Counted from the stretch's first letter, positions 20,017 through 29,548 are shown. The stretch: 64,000 bases of DNA from an uncultured archaeon (GCA_964458565.1 CAYWJO010000002.1:64001-128000); one strand, 5' to 3'. Numbers and translations are program-made. The notes: a model not told the origin generated them from the letters alone.

Positions 20017-20724
20017 GTGACATCAATGCATGTGCCTGACGGAATATTTCCACTTTGGTTACAGATTCTCATGTATATTATCAGTGGTATAATGCTCGTT
20101 CTTTCTGTTAAGATGATTAATAAGAAATTCGATGACAAGCTCGTGCCCTACATGGGTGTTCTTGCTGCGGTGATATTTGCTGCTCAGCTCATAAACTTTC
20201 CAGTCCCACCATCAAGTGGTCATCTTGTTGGATCCACTCTGCTGGCGGTCATGTTGGGTCCCTGGGGTGGTATGCTTATCATCGCATTAGTCCTGTTTGT
20301 CCAAGCTCTGTCTGGTGATGGTGGTCTCCTGACATATGGTTTGAATTTCTTCAATATGGGCATCTTCTCATGTCTTGTTGGATGGGCACTGGCTCTCGTG
20401 TTATTCAAAGGACTGAAGAGATTCACCGATGAAAAGAGGTCTGTCGTAGTTGCCACAGCAATTGCATCGTATGTTGTAACCGTATTGGCTGCTTTTGTCC
20501 TAGGAATCGAATTGTTCACCACGACTGAGTATGGCATAGCTCTGGTTCCCATTACAGCGATTCATGCAATCATTGGCATTGGTGAAGCTATTCTTACATT
20601 TGTCATTCTTCTCTACTTCGTTAAAGCCAAGCCACAGGTGATCTCATTCTTGAAGGAGAGTGAGGTTTCGGAGATGGCTAGGGTACCAGTAGTGCCTCTT
20701 CCAATCCAACAGGTTGGGGAGTGA
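20017..20724 (+). CDS. cbiM: ECF Ni/Co transporter substrate component CbiM/NikM
   Basis: MHVPDG, FAAQLINFP, SGHLVG, LFVQAL.GDGG. Confidence 0.92.
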   Translation: MTSMHVPDGIFPLWLQILMYIISGIMLVLSVKMINKKFDDKLVPYMGVLAAVIFAAQLINFPVPPSSGHLVGSTLLAVMLGPWGGMLIIALVLFVQALSGDGGLLTYGLNFFNMGIFSCLVGWALALVLFKGLKRFTDEKRSVVVATAIASYVVTVLAAFVLGIELFTTTEYGIALVPITAIHAIIGIGEAILTFVILLYFVKAKPQVISFLKESEVSEMARVPVVPLPIQQVGE

Positions 20725-21014
20725 TACTCATGAACAAGAACGAAACATTAAAGTATGCATTACCACTCATCGTAGCAATCGTCATAGTATCCAGTATGAT
20801 TCTATTGGGGTTAGCATCCCAGAACCCAGATGGATTTGAGTGGTCGCTCTTCGATGTGGCTGGTGCTGAAGAACCGACGGGTGGTTTTGAAGGAATCTGG
20901 GCTTTCCTAGGGGACGGTGTTTTCATTGAAGCGATTACTGGAATTCTGGGGATTCTTGCGATTCTTTTAATTGGATATGGTGTCTTCTGGTTAACCTCAA
21001 GAAAGACAAAATAG
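20721..21014 (+). CDS. PDGLE-domain CbiN/NikN-like component
   Basis: ASQNPDGFEW between two TM helices; operon context. Confidence 0.8.
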   Translation: MILMNKNETLKYALPLIVAIVIVSSMILLGLASQNPDGFEWSLFDVAGAEEPTGGFEGIWAFLGDGVFIEAITGILGILAILLIGYGVFWLTSRKTK

Positions 21015-21028
21015 ATGGAGTACACCAT

Positions 21029-21808
21029 ATGGGTAAGTTTCTATTACCCTTCATCGAAGGGCGAAAGACAGATAGTACGTTTTCGCCCCCTTCCATCTTC
21101 TTATCTGCCTTCATCATGGCTGTCCTGCTTTCAGTGCAGACAGAACTGTTGAACCTATTTGGCCTGATCAGCCTTGTAGTATTAATCGGTACACTGGCAG
21201 GAACACGATGGCGGAGTGTCCTTTCTCTTGCAGCAAGATTTGAAGTTGTCATCCTTTTCTGGATAGTGCTGCTCCCCTTCTCTTATGGGAATTCAATTCT
21301 ATTTACTATTCCCACACCATGGGGTAGTATCTCTGCTTACAGGGAGGGACTTGATCTTGGCTTTCTTATAGGGCTACGTATCTTTGGTATAGTTACACTG
21401 TTTCTTGCAGCCCTCTCCCACATCTCTCTCGGTGAGTTCATTGGTGCACTCAAGACGCTAAGAATTCCTACTGCAATACTAGGATCTCTCCTCATAATGC
21501 TCCGTTATATTCCTCTTTTTCTTGAAGAACGCAGTAGATTACAGGAAGCACAACAGCTCAGAGGATTTCAGAGGGGAACTCGTTTCGAGCGTATAAAGTC
21601 GCTAGGATTCCTTGTTGGTTCAATCATCGACCATGCAATGGACAGAAGTGTTGCAGTGTATGAGGCAATGACCTTACGAGGCTTTGGTCACGGAATGTTC
21701 ATTGTTGGAGTCGGTCCAAGACGGAATGATGTTCTCCTCTTTCTTGGCTTAATCATCTTGATTTTTGGGCTCTTTCATCAACAGATTTTGGAGGTCTTAC
21801 TTGGATGA
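21029..21808 (+). CDS. cbiQ: ECF transmembrane component CbiQ/NikQ
   Basis: LRIP, LRYIPLF.EE..R...AQQLRG, AMTLRGF. Confidence 0.88.
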   Translation: MGKFLLPFIEGRKTDSTFSPPSIFLSAFIMAVLLSVQTELLNLFGLISLVVLIGTLAGTRWRSVLSLAARFEVVILFWIVLLPFSYGNSILFTIPTPWGSISAYREGLDLGFLIGLRIFGIVTLFLAALSHISLGEFIGALKTLRIPTAILGSLLIMLRYIPLFLEERSRLQEAQQLRGFQRGTRFERIKSLGFLVGSIIDHAMDRSVAVYEAMTLRGFGHGMFIVGVGPRRNDVLLFLGLIILIFGLFHQQILEVLLG

Positions 21809-22557
21809 CCTGCGCAATAGAAATCAACAACCTCAACTTCAGTTATGGAACGTTTTCGCTTCAAGATGTATGCATGAGTCTGCATCTTGGTGAGCAGAAA
21901 GCACTTGTTGGTCTAAACGGTTCTGGAAAGACCACGCTCTTTAAGCTGATTCTTGGTTTGCTTGAACCAACATCTGGGACCATCCACATCTTTGAACGAA
22001 AGGTCGAACGAGAGAACCTCTGGGCGATTCGGAAGGATGTTGGATTCCTCTTTCAGAGTCCAGAAGACCAGCTCTTTGCACCAACGGTATGGGAGGATGT
22101 GGCCTTTGGTCCACGAAATCTTGGAATGACTGAGGAAGAAGTTGAGGAGCGAGTAAAATGGTCTCTTGATGTGGTGGGGATGTTGGACTTTATCAACCGT
22201 CCCGTGAATCAGTTAAGCCACGGGCAAGCAAAACGGGTTGCTCTAGCTGGGATTATTGCCATGCGTCCAAAGATACTGCTTCTGGATGAGCCCCTTGCTG
22301 GGCTTGACTTTCCCATGATTTCAGCAATGGTCGACATTATTCAGAATCTTCGAGGTGAGGGCATCAGTGTTCTCTATACAACTCACAATCTCTTCTTTCT
22401 GGAGAATTGGACTGACTCTATGGCAGTCCTGCATGAGGGTAGAATGATCTATGACGGTCCTGTGGAACAAGCTCTAAAGGACCCCAATATCAGTCATCAG
22501 ACTGGTGACTGGGATGAGCTGAGGTGTCGAATGAGGCGATATCGAGGACTGGATTGA
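21805..22557 (+). CDS. cbiO: ECF ATPase CbiO/NikO
   Basis: GLNGSGKTT, FQSPEDQLFAPTV.EDVAFGP.N, LSHGQ, LLLDEP. Confidence 0.9.
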   Translation: MTCAIEINNLNFSYGTFSLQDVCMSLHLGEQKALVGLNGSGKTTLFKLILGLLEPTSGTIHIFERKVERENLWAIRKDVGFLFQSPEDQLFAPTVWEDVAFGPRNLGMTEEEVEERVKWSLDVVGMLDFINRPVNQLSHGQAKRVALAGIIAMRPKILLLDEPLAGLDFPMISAMVDIIQNLRGEGISVLYTTHNLFFLENWTDSMAVLHEGRMIYDGPVEQALKDPNISHQTGDWDELRCRMRRYRGLD

Positions 22558-22604
22558 AACCGCGATATGGTTAAAAAGTGAAGGTGTCAGAGTTCTGTTA
22601 GCAG

Positions 22605-22724
22605 GCGGAGGTTGCCAAGCCAGGTCAAAGGCGCAAGGTTCAGATCCTTGTCCTGTAGGGGTTCGCGAGACTTCCTGTAATTCATAGACTGGAAGCGCGT
22701 ATTCGAATCTCGCCCTCCGCACCA
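22605..22724 (+). tRNA. tRNA-Leu (CAG) with a 32-nt intron at 22670-22701 (position 53/54)
   Basis: Acceptor GCGGAGG/CCTCCGC-A-CCA, anticodon arm CAAGG-TTCAGAT-CCTTG, long variable arm. The T arm GCGAG|TTCGAAT-CTCGC is restored only when 22670-22701 is removed. Confidence 0.9.
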
Positions 22725-22875
22725 TGTATATTTCTGCTACAGTCAAGCTTGATGCCTATAGACTCTCCTTATCTTACTCAGGTTTTCTTCTATTTCTCAG
22801 TCGGTTTACTCCCACATAGCAGGAAAAACACCGATTGCACAAGATACACCTATGCTGAAAATCAGCTGGTCATCG

Positions 22876-23517
22876 CTAGGTTTTATCACGTAGTCGAAAT
22901 GATGGTATGAGTTTACCTGTCCGTTTCATGTATTCAGTATACTCCTCACCAAACTGGTCAATCATCATCTGCTCTTCACCAGGTATTCTTCTATAGTTTA
23001 CCAATATTGTATACATAAAAAACAGAATAACTAACACATCAAGGGAGATAAGACACAATCCTATTGTATAGACAAACATACCAAGATACATCGGGTGTCG
23101 GACTCTCCTATATGGACCTGTTGTGATTAACTTATGATCTTCGTATATCTCTAGAGCGATTGACCATTGAGAATCAAGATGTCGGTGAACCCAGATTAAG
23201 TAGAGAATTGATATTGATGCCAAAATTGCTCCTGACCACTGAACCCATTCATCAAGTGGAATGTGAGTCCATGTCCACCACGGAGGTGCCAGGAAATACA
23301 AGATAATTCCTAGTACTCCTATCACTGCAAAAACTGCTGCTAGAGCTATCCCGCCTCTCCCCATTTCAGATTCAGCTGTCTTCAGTTTTTCTTTCATGCC
23401 ATCCAGACTGTCATGTGTCTTAGTTTTTCTGCCATAGTATCCTCTAACAACAGCTATACTAATCCATAAGCTGAGTAGTATGATTCGAAAGATGAGATTC
23501 ATATCCAATTTGTTCAC
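22876..23517 (-). CDS. Isoprenylcysteine carboxyl methyltransferase (ICMT/PEMT) family membrane protein
   Basis: HKLITTGPYRRVRHPMY, EEQMM..FGEEY..YMKRTG. Confidence 0.85.
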   Translation of the reverse strand: MNKLDMNLIFRIILLSLWISIAVVRGYYGRKTKTHDSLDGMKEKLKTAESEMGRGGIALAAVFAVIGVLGIILYFLAPPWWTWTHIPLDEWVQWSGAILASISILYLIWVHRHLDSQWSIALEIYEDHKLITTGPYRRVRHPMYLGMFVYTIGLCLISLDVLVILFFMYTILVNYRRIPGEEQMMIDQFGEEYTEYMKRTGKLIPSFRLRDKT

Positions 23518-23705
23518 CTCATGATTTGCTTCACTCTAAACATCAAAAATTTAGACACATCTAACTTTTTTTACTTTCTCTATCAGAGCAATGGTGTCTG
23601 AATTTCATCTCTCCTACTACTATTATCAGTAGTGAAACCATTTTGTAAATAAACGTGGAAATAAACTGCCATCCAATTTTTAGGATTGCTTCATTTTCAT
23701 ACACA

Positions 23706-23857
23706 CTCCCGTAACAGGAGCTTAAATCATTTGAAATGCTCAAATTACACCTTAGACTGTTATTGACAGTACTAAGATTTGTAGTACGCGGGAAATGGTC
23801 TAAGGAGGAGTTTCAAATGATGGGAGCGCTGACAACGTTTCTCATCATTCTTTTTTT
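23706..23857 (+). ncRNA. Candidate structured RNA element with nested stems and an alternative terminator-like hairpin
   Basis: ATCATTTGAAA/TTTCAAATGAT, CCTTAGAC/GTCTAAGG, ACTGT/ACAGT, GTACT/AGTAC, CTCCC/GGGAG; alternative hairpin 23816-23849 followed by T7. Confidence 0.4.
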
Positions 23858-23912
23858 GAACATAAAATCCATACAATTTATGCTGTGTTTGCAATCTCTA
23901 CTCCTTTGTTAA
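23817..23912 (+). CDS. Candidate 31-aa hydrophobic peptide MMGALTTFLIILFLNIKSIQFMLCLQSLLLC
   Basis: AAGGAGGAG SD at 23802-23810, ATG at 23817, TAA at 23910-23912; below the ORF-track cutoff. Confidence 0.3.
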   Translation: MMGALTTFLIILFLNIKSIQFMLCLQSLLLC

Positions 23913-23953
23913 TTGGGGGAAAAGCAGGGGCATCTTGATTAAAGAAGGAGAAA

Positions 23954-24376
23954 TCACTCGATATTGATGTATCCCTGTTTTTTAAGAAACTGACCAAATT
24001 CCACATCTGTCTTTTTGATGTGATTGTAAAGCCAATTAATCAAGTATGTGTTGATTGAGTTGCTGAGTGTCTTTGTAGCGCCATCTTCTTTCCAATCTTC
24101 AATCATGGTATTTACCATATTTTTGAATTCATCGTGTTGTTGAAGATGGTCATTCATTGCAGGATATTTTAATCTAGACATGTGTTTTTCCTCTGTCGAG
24201 AAATGGAAATTTGTATACTCGAGCATGAAGTCAATTGTTTTCAAAATCTCTTGTATTCCCTGCTGTGCATCTACTGCCTTAGATAGGTCACTAATTCGGT
24301 CAATGAGCATTTTGTGCTGTTCATCAATCAAATTAATCCCAACAGAAAGGCTATCATCCCATTCAATCTTCGTCAT
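23954..24376 (-). CDS. Bacteriohemerythrin
   Basis: W...LSVG...IDEQHK.L, Y..FHFSTEE..M, HLQQHDEF, WL.NHI..TD. Confidence 0.92.
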   Translation of the reverse strand: MTKIEWDDSLSVGINLIDEQHKMLIDRISDLSKAVDAQQGIQEILKTIDFMLEYTNFHFSTEEKHMSRLKYPAMNDHLQQHDEFKNMVNTMIEDWKEDGATKTLSNSINTYLINWLYNHIKKTDVEFGQFLKKQGYINIE

Positions 24377-24485
24377 AGTTCAACAAACCCATTATACCCA
24401 GTATAAAGATTTCTGAATCTCGTTATGCTGATGGTTGCTTAATCCGTGTATATCTTCATCACTCAATTGGTCATATTCTGCACTC

Positions 24486-24929
24486 TTACGGTTTAGGTCT
24501 TGGCATAAGGAATAGGGTTTCTACTCTCTCAATACCTTCAAGCTTGTCGATTTTACCTGTCATGAATTTTGATAGGTCATTCATATCCTTTAGTTGTGCT
24601 AGACAAAGAAAATTCGATGGCCCTGTAGTCCAGAAGATTTTGGAAATTTCCTCATACCTCTCAAGAGCTCTATAGATTTGATCCGATGTTCCCGGTTTTG
24701 TAGTTAATAGAATGATGACCTGTATCTCATACCCAAGTTTTCGATAATCTACGTCAATTGTGAATCTCTCTATTATTCCTTTATCTACGAGACGTGCAAG
24801 TCTGTTCCTGATTGAGCTGGGACTAAGAGGAACGATTTTGGCCATCTCTCTGAGTGAAGTTCGAGAGTTCTCCTTGAGTATTTCAATCAGTTTTTGGTCG
24901 ATGTCGTTTCCGCTCTCCAAAAATCCCAC
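24486..24929 (-). CDS. Lrp/AsnC transcriptional regulator
   Basis: IDQKLIEILKENSRTSLREMA..LS.SS..NRL.RL...GII.RFTIDVD..KLG. Confidence 0.9.
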   Translation of the reverse strand: MGFLESGNDIDQKLIEILKENSRTSLREMAKIVPLSPSSIRNRLARLVDKGIIERFTIDVDYRKLGYEIQVIILLTTKPGTSDQIYRALERYEEISKIFWTTGPSNFLCLAQLKDMNDLSKFMTGKIDKLEGIERVETLFLMPRPKP

Positions 24930-25007
24930 CTATTTTCTACTGTATTAACAGTACCTTTGTAACTTGAAGTGAATGATAAAGATTGAGTGTCTAGATATGA
25001 TGGAATC

Positions 25008-25406
25008 TTATGACTTGACTCGTCGAATGAAATGAATATCCATAACAGACCAATACTCAACTTCCACATTAAGTTCAATTTTGGGTGCGATTTCCTCATC
25101 TGTAGGTTTTGGGATGTCGAAAGTTGCGTAAGTTTCAGTATCCATAAGACTCAAAGTTTCACCCATATCAGCGATGATAGTTGCACTACGCTTGTCAATG
25201 ACAGGAACATCAACCATACGGTCCGCTGGCATAATCACGTTTCTCTTTCTATTGTCAAAAAGTCCCTTAGCAGTTATATTCGCCTTAGCAGCTCCATGTT
25301 TACCAGGTTTTGATTTCTCTATACTGATTACTTGGCAGGGTTCATCTTCAATCATGAAATAACTACCTGGTTTCAGGCTTTTGACAATTGATTTCTTGAT
25401 GCTCAA
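25008..25406 (-). CDS. eif5a: Translation factor aIF5A
   Basis: SKPGKHGAAKA hypusine motif; VPVIDKR. Confidence 0.95.
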   Translation of the reverse strand: MSIKKSIVKSLKPGSYFMIEDEPCQVISIEKSKPGKHGAAKANITAKGLFDNRKRNVIMPADRMVDVPVIDKRSATIIADMGETLSLMDTETYATFDIPKPTDEEIAPKIELNVEVEYWSVMDIHFIRRVKS

Positions 25407-25523
25407 TTCAATTCACCAATCCTTTTATGCAGACCTTGGTGAGAATGTGTTCATATTCTATTCAAATACTTTGCGGGGGGTTATAACAGCAACATCAAAA
25501 AGGAAAACATGATGTCGTGATTC

Positions 25524-26411
25524 TTGGTGTCAACTTTGATTGAGGAGAGCCCTCAAATCCTGAGTTCAAAACGAGCTGTTGGTCTCGTTTGTAAACCAGG
25601 TCGCCCTGATATCGCTCAGGTCGCCATTGATGTGGTCGAATACCTACAAAAGAATGATATTGAGGTATTTGTCGACCATGGTTCATGCGAATGTGTACAC
25701 GACAAAGCTACTCTACATCGGATATGTGATATGGATGTTGATTTTGTTGTAACCGTCGGTGGCGATGGTACCATTCTCTATACATTATCGCGTCTAAAAA
25801 CTCGAGAAACGCCTCTATTTTGTATCAATAAGGGTACAGTTGGTTTTATGACGGAAGCCAACACGGAGGATGCTGTAGGTGCATTGGAAAAAGTGTTGAA
25901 AAACGAATGCATTATTGAGAGCAATTTGAATCTTGCATCTGGAGTAGAAGACCGCCGTTTTGAGGATGCATTAAATGAGGTATACGTTGTGTCAATGGTA
26001 CCTGGACGACTTCTGACTTTCAGAGTATTCATCAATGGCATAGAAGTTGATTATGGTAGAGCAGATGGTGCGATGATTGCAACTCCAGGGGGATCAACTG
26101 CATATGCACTCGCAGCAGGTGGATCTGTTCTTACCCCCAGAGTGCATGGATTGATTTTTGTTCCCGTGTGTCCGCCGCGGTTTGAATTGAAATCAATGGT
26201 TATTCCTGATGACTCCCTAATAGAATTGGAATTGGTCAAACCTGAAGCAAATGCTCTCGCAGTGATAGATGGTCAAGTTAGACATGGGGTTGATGCAGGA
26301 AATACCATTTGGATGAAAAAATCCGAAGGTGTGAGTAGATTCATCCGCATCTATGACAATTACTATGATCGTCTAAGAACCAGACTGGAGCCTCGCGAAT
26401 CGGTGAACTAG
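25524..26411 (+). CDS. nadK: NAD(+) kinase
   Basis: GGDGTIL, ALNE, ADG..IATPGGSTAYALAAGG. Confidence 0.92.
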   Translation: MVSTLIEESPQILSSKRAVGLVCKPGRPDIAQVAIDVVEYLQKNDIEVFVDHGSCECVHDKATLHRICDMDVDFVVTVGGDGTILYTLSRLKTRETPLFCINKGTVGFMTEANTEDAVGALEKVLKNECIIESNLNLASGVEDRRFEDALNEVYVVSMVPGRLLTFRVFINGIEVDYGRADGAMIATPGGSTAYALAAGGSVLTPRVHGLIFVPVCPPRFELKSMVIPDDSLIELELVKPEANALAVIDGQVRHGVDAGNTIWMKKSEGVSRFIRIYDNYYDRLRTRLEPRESVN

Positions 26412-26936
26412 ATGACAACAGTCTATGTATTAGATACTTCAGCCTTGCTAAGTACATGGACGCAACAACAACATGAGGTTGTATTTCTTACAACATCGCA
26501 TGTTCTAAGTGAGCTCATGAACCGTCCAAGTAAATCACGAGCTGAATCATTGATCTCTGCAGATCTACTACAAGTCAGAGAACCTGATACCAAAGATATC
26601 TCACAAGTGAAGAAATCAACTAAAGAGAGTGGTGATAGTGTTAGTCTATCTATTACAGATGTTGGTATAGTAGCACTTGCATTAGCAGAATTTAACCTCG
26701 GTGTCAATCCAATTCTGGTGTCCTCCGATTTTGCAGTTCTAAATACTGCACTTCATCTTGGTATATCAATCCTTGATCTCTCTGGGAAGATGCGTGAGCA
26801 ACGCGTCTGGATATACGTATGTCCTGCATGTAAGCATAGAGAAAATCAGCCAGTTCTAAATATGGAATGTCCCACATGTGGTACAATTATGCAACGTAGA
26901 GCCACCAGAAGGTGGAATTTGAGTGAATCGAAGTAA
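26412..26936 (+). CDS. nob1: Nob1-like PIN endonuclease with zinc ribbon
   Basis: YVLDTSA, LS.TD..IVALA, SSDFAVLN.A..LGI, CPAC...CPTCG. Confidence 0.85.
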   Translation: MTTVYVLDTSALLSTWTQQQHEVVFLTTSHVLSELMNRPSKSRAESLISADLLQVREPDTKDISQVKKSTKESGDSVSLSITDVGIVALALAEFNLGVNPILVSSDFAVLNTALHLGISILDLSGKMREQRVWIYVCPACKHRENQPVLNMECPTCGTIMQRRATRRWNLSESK

Positions 26937-26992
26937 TACCTTGGTTATACTACTCGTTATGTTCTGTTGTGTGCAATTCTCAATGATAACGG

Positions 26993-27271
26993 GTGCCAAA
27001 AGTGACAGAGAAACCAATGTTACCAATCAATCGAGACCTAGATGACATCAAGGCACAGGTTCGAAAAGAGCTTGATACAGTACGCGACTTGATGAGCACC
27101 CTATCTTATCATACAAGCACTCCTGGTTGGCGTTCACCAATCCAGCTTCATAGACTACGCAGGGCATTGCGAATTCATTATTTGGCATTGAAAATACGCG
27201 AGACAGCTCCAGTACCTGCAAGTATGAGGAAACTAGCATGGGATTTTGATGCACCTTTTGATTTGAGTTAG
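26993..27271 (+). CDS. Hypothetical protein
   Basis: 92-aa ORF filling the gap between convergent neighbours; no motif recognised. Confidence 0.45.
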   Translation: MPKVTEKPMLPINRDLDDIKAQVRKELDTVRDLMSTLSYHTSTPGWRSPIQLHRLRRALRIHYLALKIRETAPVPASMRKLAWDFDAPFDLS

Positions 27272-27273
27272 TT

Positions 27274-27693
27274 TCATTCTCCGATTATCATGACCTCAAG
27301 TTTCCTATCTCTTTGTCTGACATCAAAATCAACAAATGTGATCTGTTGCCATGTCCCCAGAGTCAGCTGATTATTGACAATTGGAACTGTTATACTAGGA
27401 CCAATAATTGAGGCTCTAATATGTGAATGTCCATTTCCATCGTGCCAGCGAAGATGATGTTCATAGACAGCTCCTTCTGGAGCTATTCGTTCCATCGCAT
27501 CTGGAAAGTCTTTCAGAAGTCCGCCCTCGTATTCAATTGTGATTATTCCTCCTGTTGAACCTACACAAAATACTGTACAGATACCATTAGAGAAACCACA
27601 TTCTGAAACAATTCTATTTACTTCTTGTGTGACATCAATCATTTCACAATTACCCTTTGTCTGAAAATGTATCTGCTTATGATAGGTGCCCAT
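27274..27693 (-). CDS. YjbQ/UPF0047 family protein
   Basis: IDVT..V, GSTG..TIEYE, NGHSHIRAS, LGTWQQI..DFD; ATG at 27693 after GGAGG. Confidence 0.9.
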   Translation of the reverse strand: MGTYHKQIHFQTKGNCEMIDVTQEVNRIVSECGFSNGICTVFCVGSTGGIITIEYEGGLLKDFPDAMERIAPEGAVYEHHLRWHDGNGHSHIRASIIGPSITVPIVNNQLTLGTWQQITFVDFDVRQRDRKLEVMIIGE

Positions 27694-27712
27694 AGTTTTA
27701 CGCCTCCTAGTT

Positions 27713-29548
27713 TTATCTAATTCCATATCTCTTCGATACTTTGATTCCACTTCTTGGAACTCTATTAGAGATTAACCGGTGTAAGAGATCCCACTTATCC
27801 AGTAGGTCTTCTTCGCGTTCTTGGAGCGTAAGTAGTGCAGCTGTGAAATTTCCGCGCTCCATAGACTTCAATACAGATAAGACGCCAGCAATACTATCAT
27901 CTTGCAATGTCTTCGATAGTGTGTCTAGTTTCTCGAGAAGGTTCTTGATTGTTTCTTTGTCATTTGGATTACGTTCAAAGAGTGTAACAAATACCATATA
28001 ATAATCCTCGAAGGCATCCTTCAATTCCTTGATATCTTCGAATCCTTTAGCTGACTTTCGCAATAACGCGATTCCTAAATCAACAAGCTCGTCTTGTTTG
28101 GTTATTAATACCTCTAGACCTGCAGTTCTAGTCCAGATGGTTGCAAGTTCTTTAACACCAAGATTAATGTAGAATTTAGCAGCTTTTATTGCCATTTCAC
28201 TCGAAATCCGGTGATACTCGATATACATGTCCTCTTCACCAAGAAGCATTCTTCCCTCAGCAGCTTTACTATAGAATTTTGATGCATCCTCAAATTGTTC
28301 GGCTTCTGTACTCTCTTTAGCAAGCTCTACATAGAGTTCCACAGCTCTCTCAAGAAGATTTTTTGCTTCTTTTATGCGCTCCACTTCGTTCAACACTTCA
28401 GCTGCTTCCTCTAGAGAAACTGCCTGCGCCTCTTTATCATCTTGACCTGCTTCCTCTTCAGCTCTTTCAATGTAATAGTTGATAACAGAATCAATCAGTG
28501 TATCGGCTTTTTCTGTGTCTCCCCATTTCCTTAGACACATGGCTTGGTATCTCAGATACTTCTTCTCACTTTCTACATCTCTCTCTTCAGAGGCTTTATT
28601 TTTCAGCTCCGCAAAGAGTCCACTTCCTTTTTTGAATGCCCATTTCGCCTTCATCGGTCGACCAATTTCAGTAAACATCTCTCCAGATTTGACCAAGAGT
28701 GGTGCAACGATTTCTGCGCTTCCTTCCATCTTCAGATATGCTTCTGCGGCTTTACTCATAGCTTGACGAGTTGAAGAAGTGAGTCGTTGAAGTTTAAACG
28801 CTTCATGTGCGGCATCGTAGATATTTCCCGCCTTCTCAAACAGTCCAGCTGCCTCGTATCTCTCTCCAGCTTCCATCATGATACGCGTTCCTTCTGGACT
28901 ATCTCCCACCATCTGGTATATCTGTGCTGCTTCTGCAAGAGCATTTCCTGATTCAAGCAGGTTATTGTTCTCTTTTTCAAGTTCTGCCCATTTCAAGGCA
29001 ACTTTAGATGCTCTATCATAGATACGTTTACCAAGTTCGTCATCTCCTGCTGTATAATAGAGTCTTCCTACTTTTTTCAATAGACTGACTACTGCAGGAT
29101 AATCTTGATCTAATTCTTGAGCGTCAGCCAGATTCTCTAACGCATCTGCGGCTAGAATTGTGATATTACTCCTTTCATTTTCACTTGAAACAAAGTCTGC
29201 GGCTCTGAAATAGAAATCTGCGGCTTTCTTATATTCCGTAGCTTCTTCGGCTACTTTGGCTGCTGTGAGATTAATACTCATAATTTCTTTGTGAATCTCT
29301 GGTGTTCCAGGCATTCTAACTAGCATCAGTGTTGCTTGCTCAGTTGCAATAAAACATTCATCGGCCATGTATAATTCACGATACACGTCACCTATCTCTT
29401 TGTAGAGTACATATGCTTCTTGATAATTACCCTCTTCAGCATAACCTTCTGCTTCTTTCATCAACTGATTTAGGATTTCATTTCTTTCCTTTTTATCCTC
29501 TATATTCCTAGCTTTTTCCAGTTTTTCTTTTAGATTTGTCAAGTACAA
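27713..29548 (-). CDS. Long alpha-solenoid TPR/SNAP-like repeat protein
   Basis: Repeated A..Y..AA helices (KKAADFYFRAA, EAGERYEAAG.FEKAG.IY, SKAAEAY, EDASKFYSKAA). Confidence 0.65.
   Translation of the reverse strand: MYLTNLKEKLEKARNIEDKKERNEILNQLMKEAEGYAEEGNYQEAYVLYKEIGDVYRELYMADECFIATEQATLMLVRMPGTPEIHKEIMSINLTAAKVAEEATEYKKAADFYFRAADFVSSENERSNITILAADALENLADAQELDQDYPAVVSLLKKVGRLYYTAGDDELGKRIYDRASKVALKWAELEKENNNLLESGNALAEAAQIYQMVGDSPEGTRIMMEAGERYEAAGLFEKAGNIYDAAHEAFKLQRLTSSTRQAMSKAAEAYLKMEGSAEIVAPLLVKSGEMFTEIGRPMKAKWAFKKGSGLFAELKNKASEERDVESEKKYLRYQAMCLRKWGDTEKADTLIDSVINYYIERAEEEAGQDDKEAQAVSLEEAAEVLNEVERIKEAKNLLERAVELYVELAKESTEAEQFEDASKFYSKAAEGRMLLGEEDMYIEYHRISSEMAIKAAKFYINLGVKELATIWTRTAGLEVLITKQDELVDLGIALLRKSAKGFEDIKELKDAFEDYYMVFVTLFERNPNDKETIKNLLEKLDTLSKTLQDDSIAGVLSVLKSMERGNFTAALLTLQEREEDLLDKWDLLHRLISNRVPRSGIKVSKRYGIR

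Noticed and set aside
22639-22645. TCA in the anticodon loop suggesting tRNA-Sec
   Set aside because: The 7-nt loop TTCAGAT centres on CAG. The 7-bp acceptor stem, A73 and D-arm are Leu-type.
22876-23517. ICMT-like gene as a Rab-modifying enzyme
   Set aside because: The family is widespread in prokaryotes, and the Rab-like GTPase has no C-terminal Cys.
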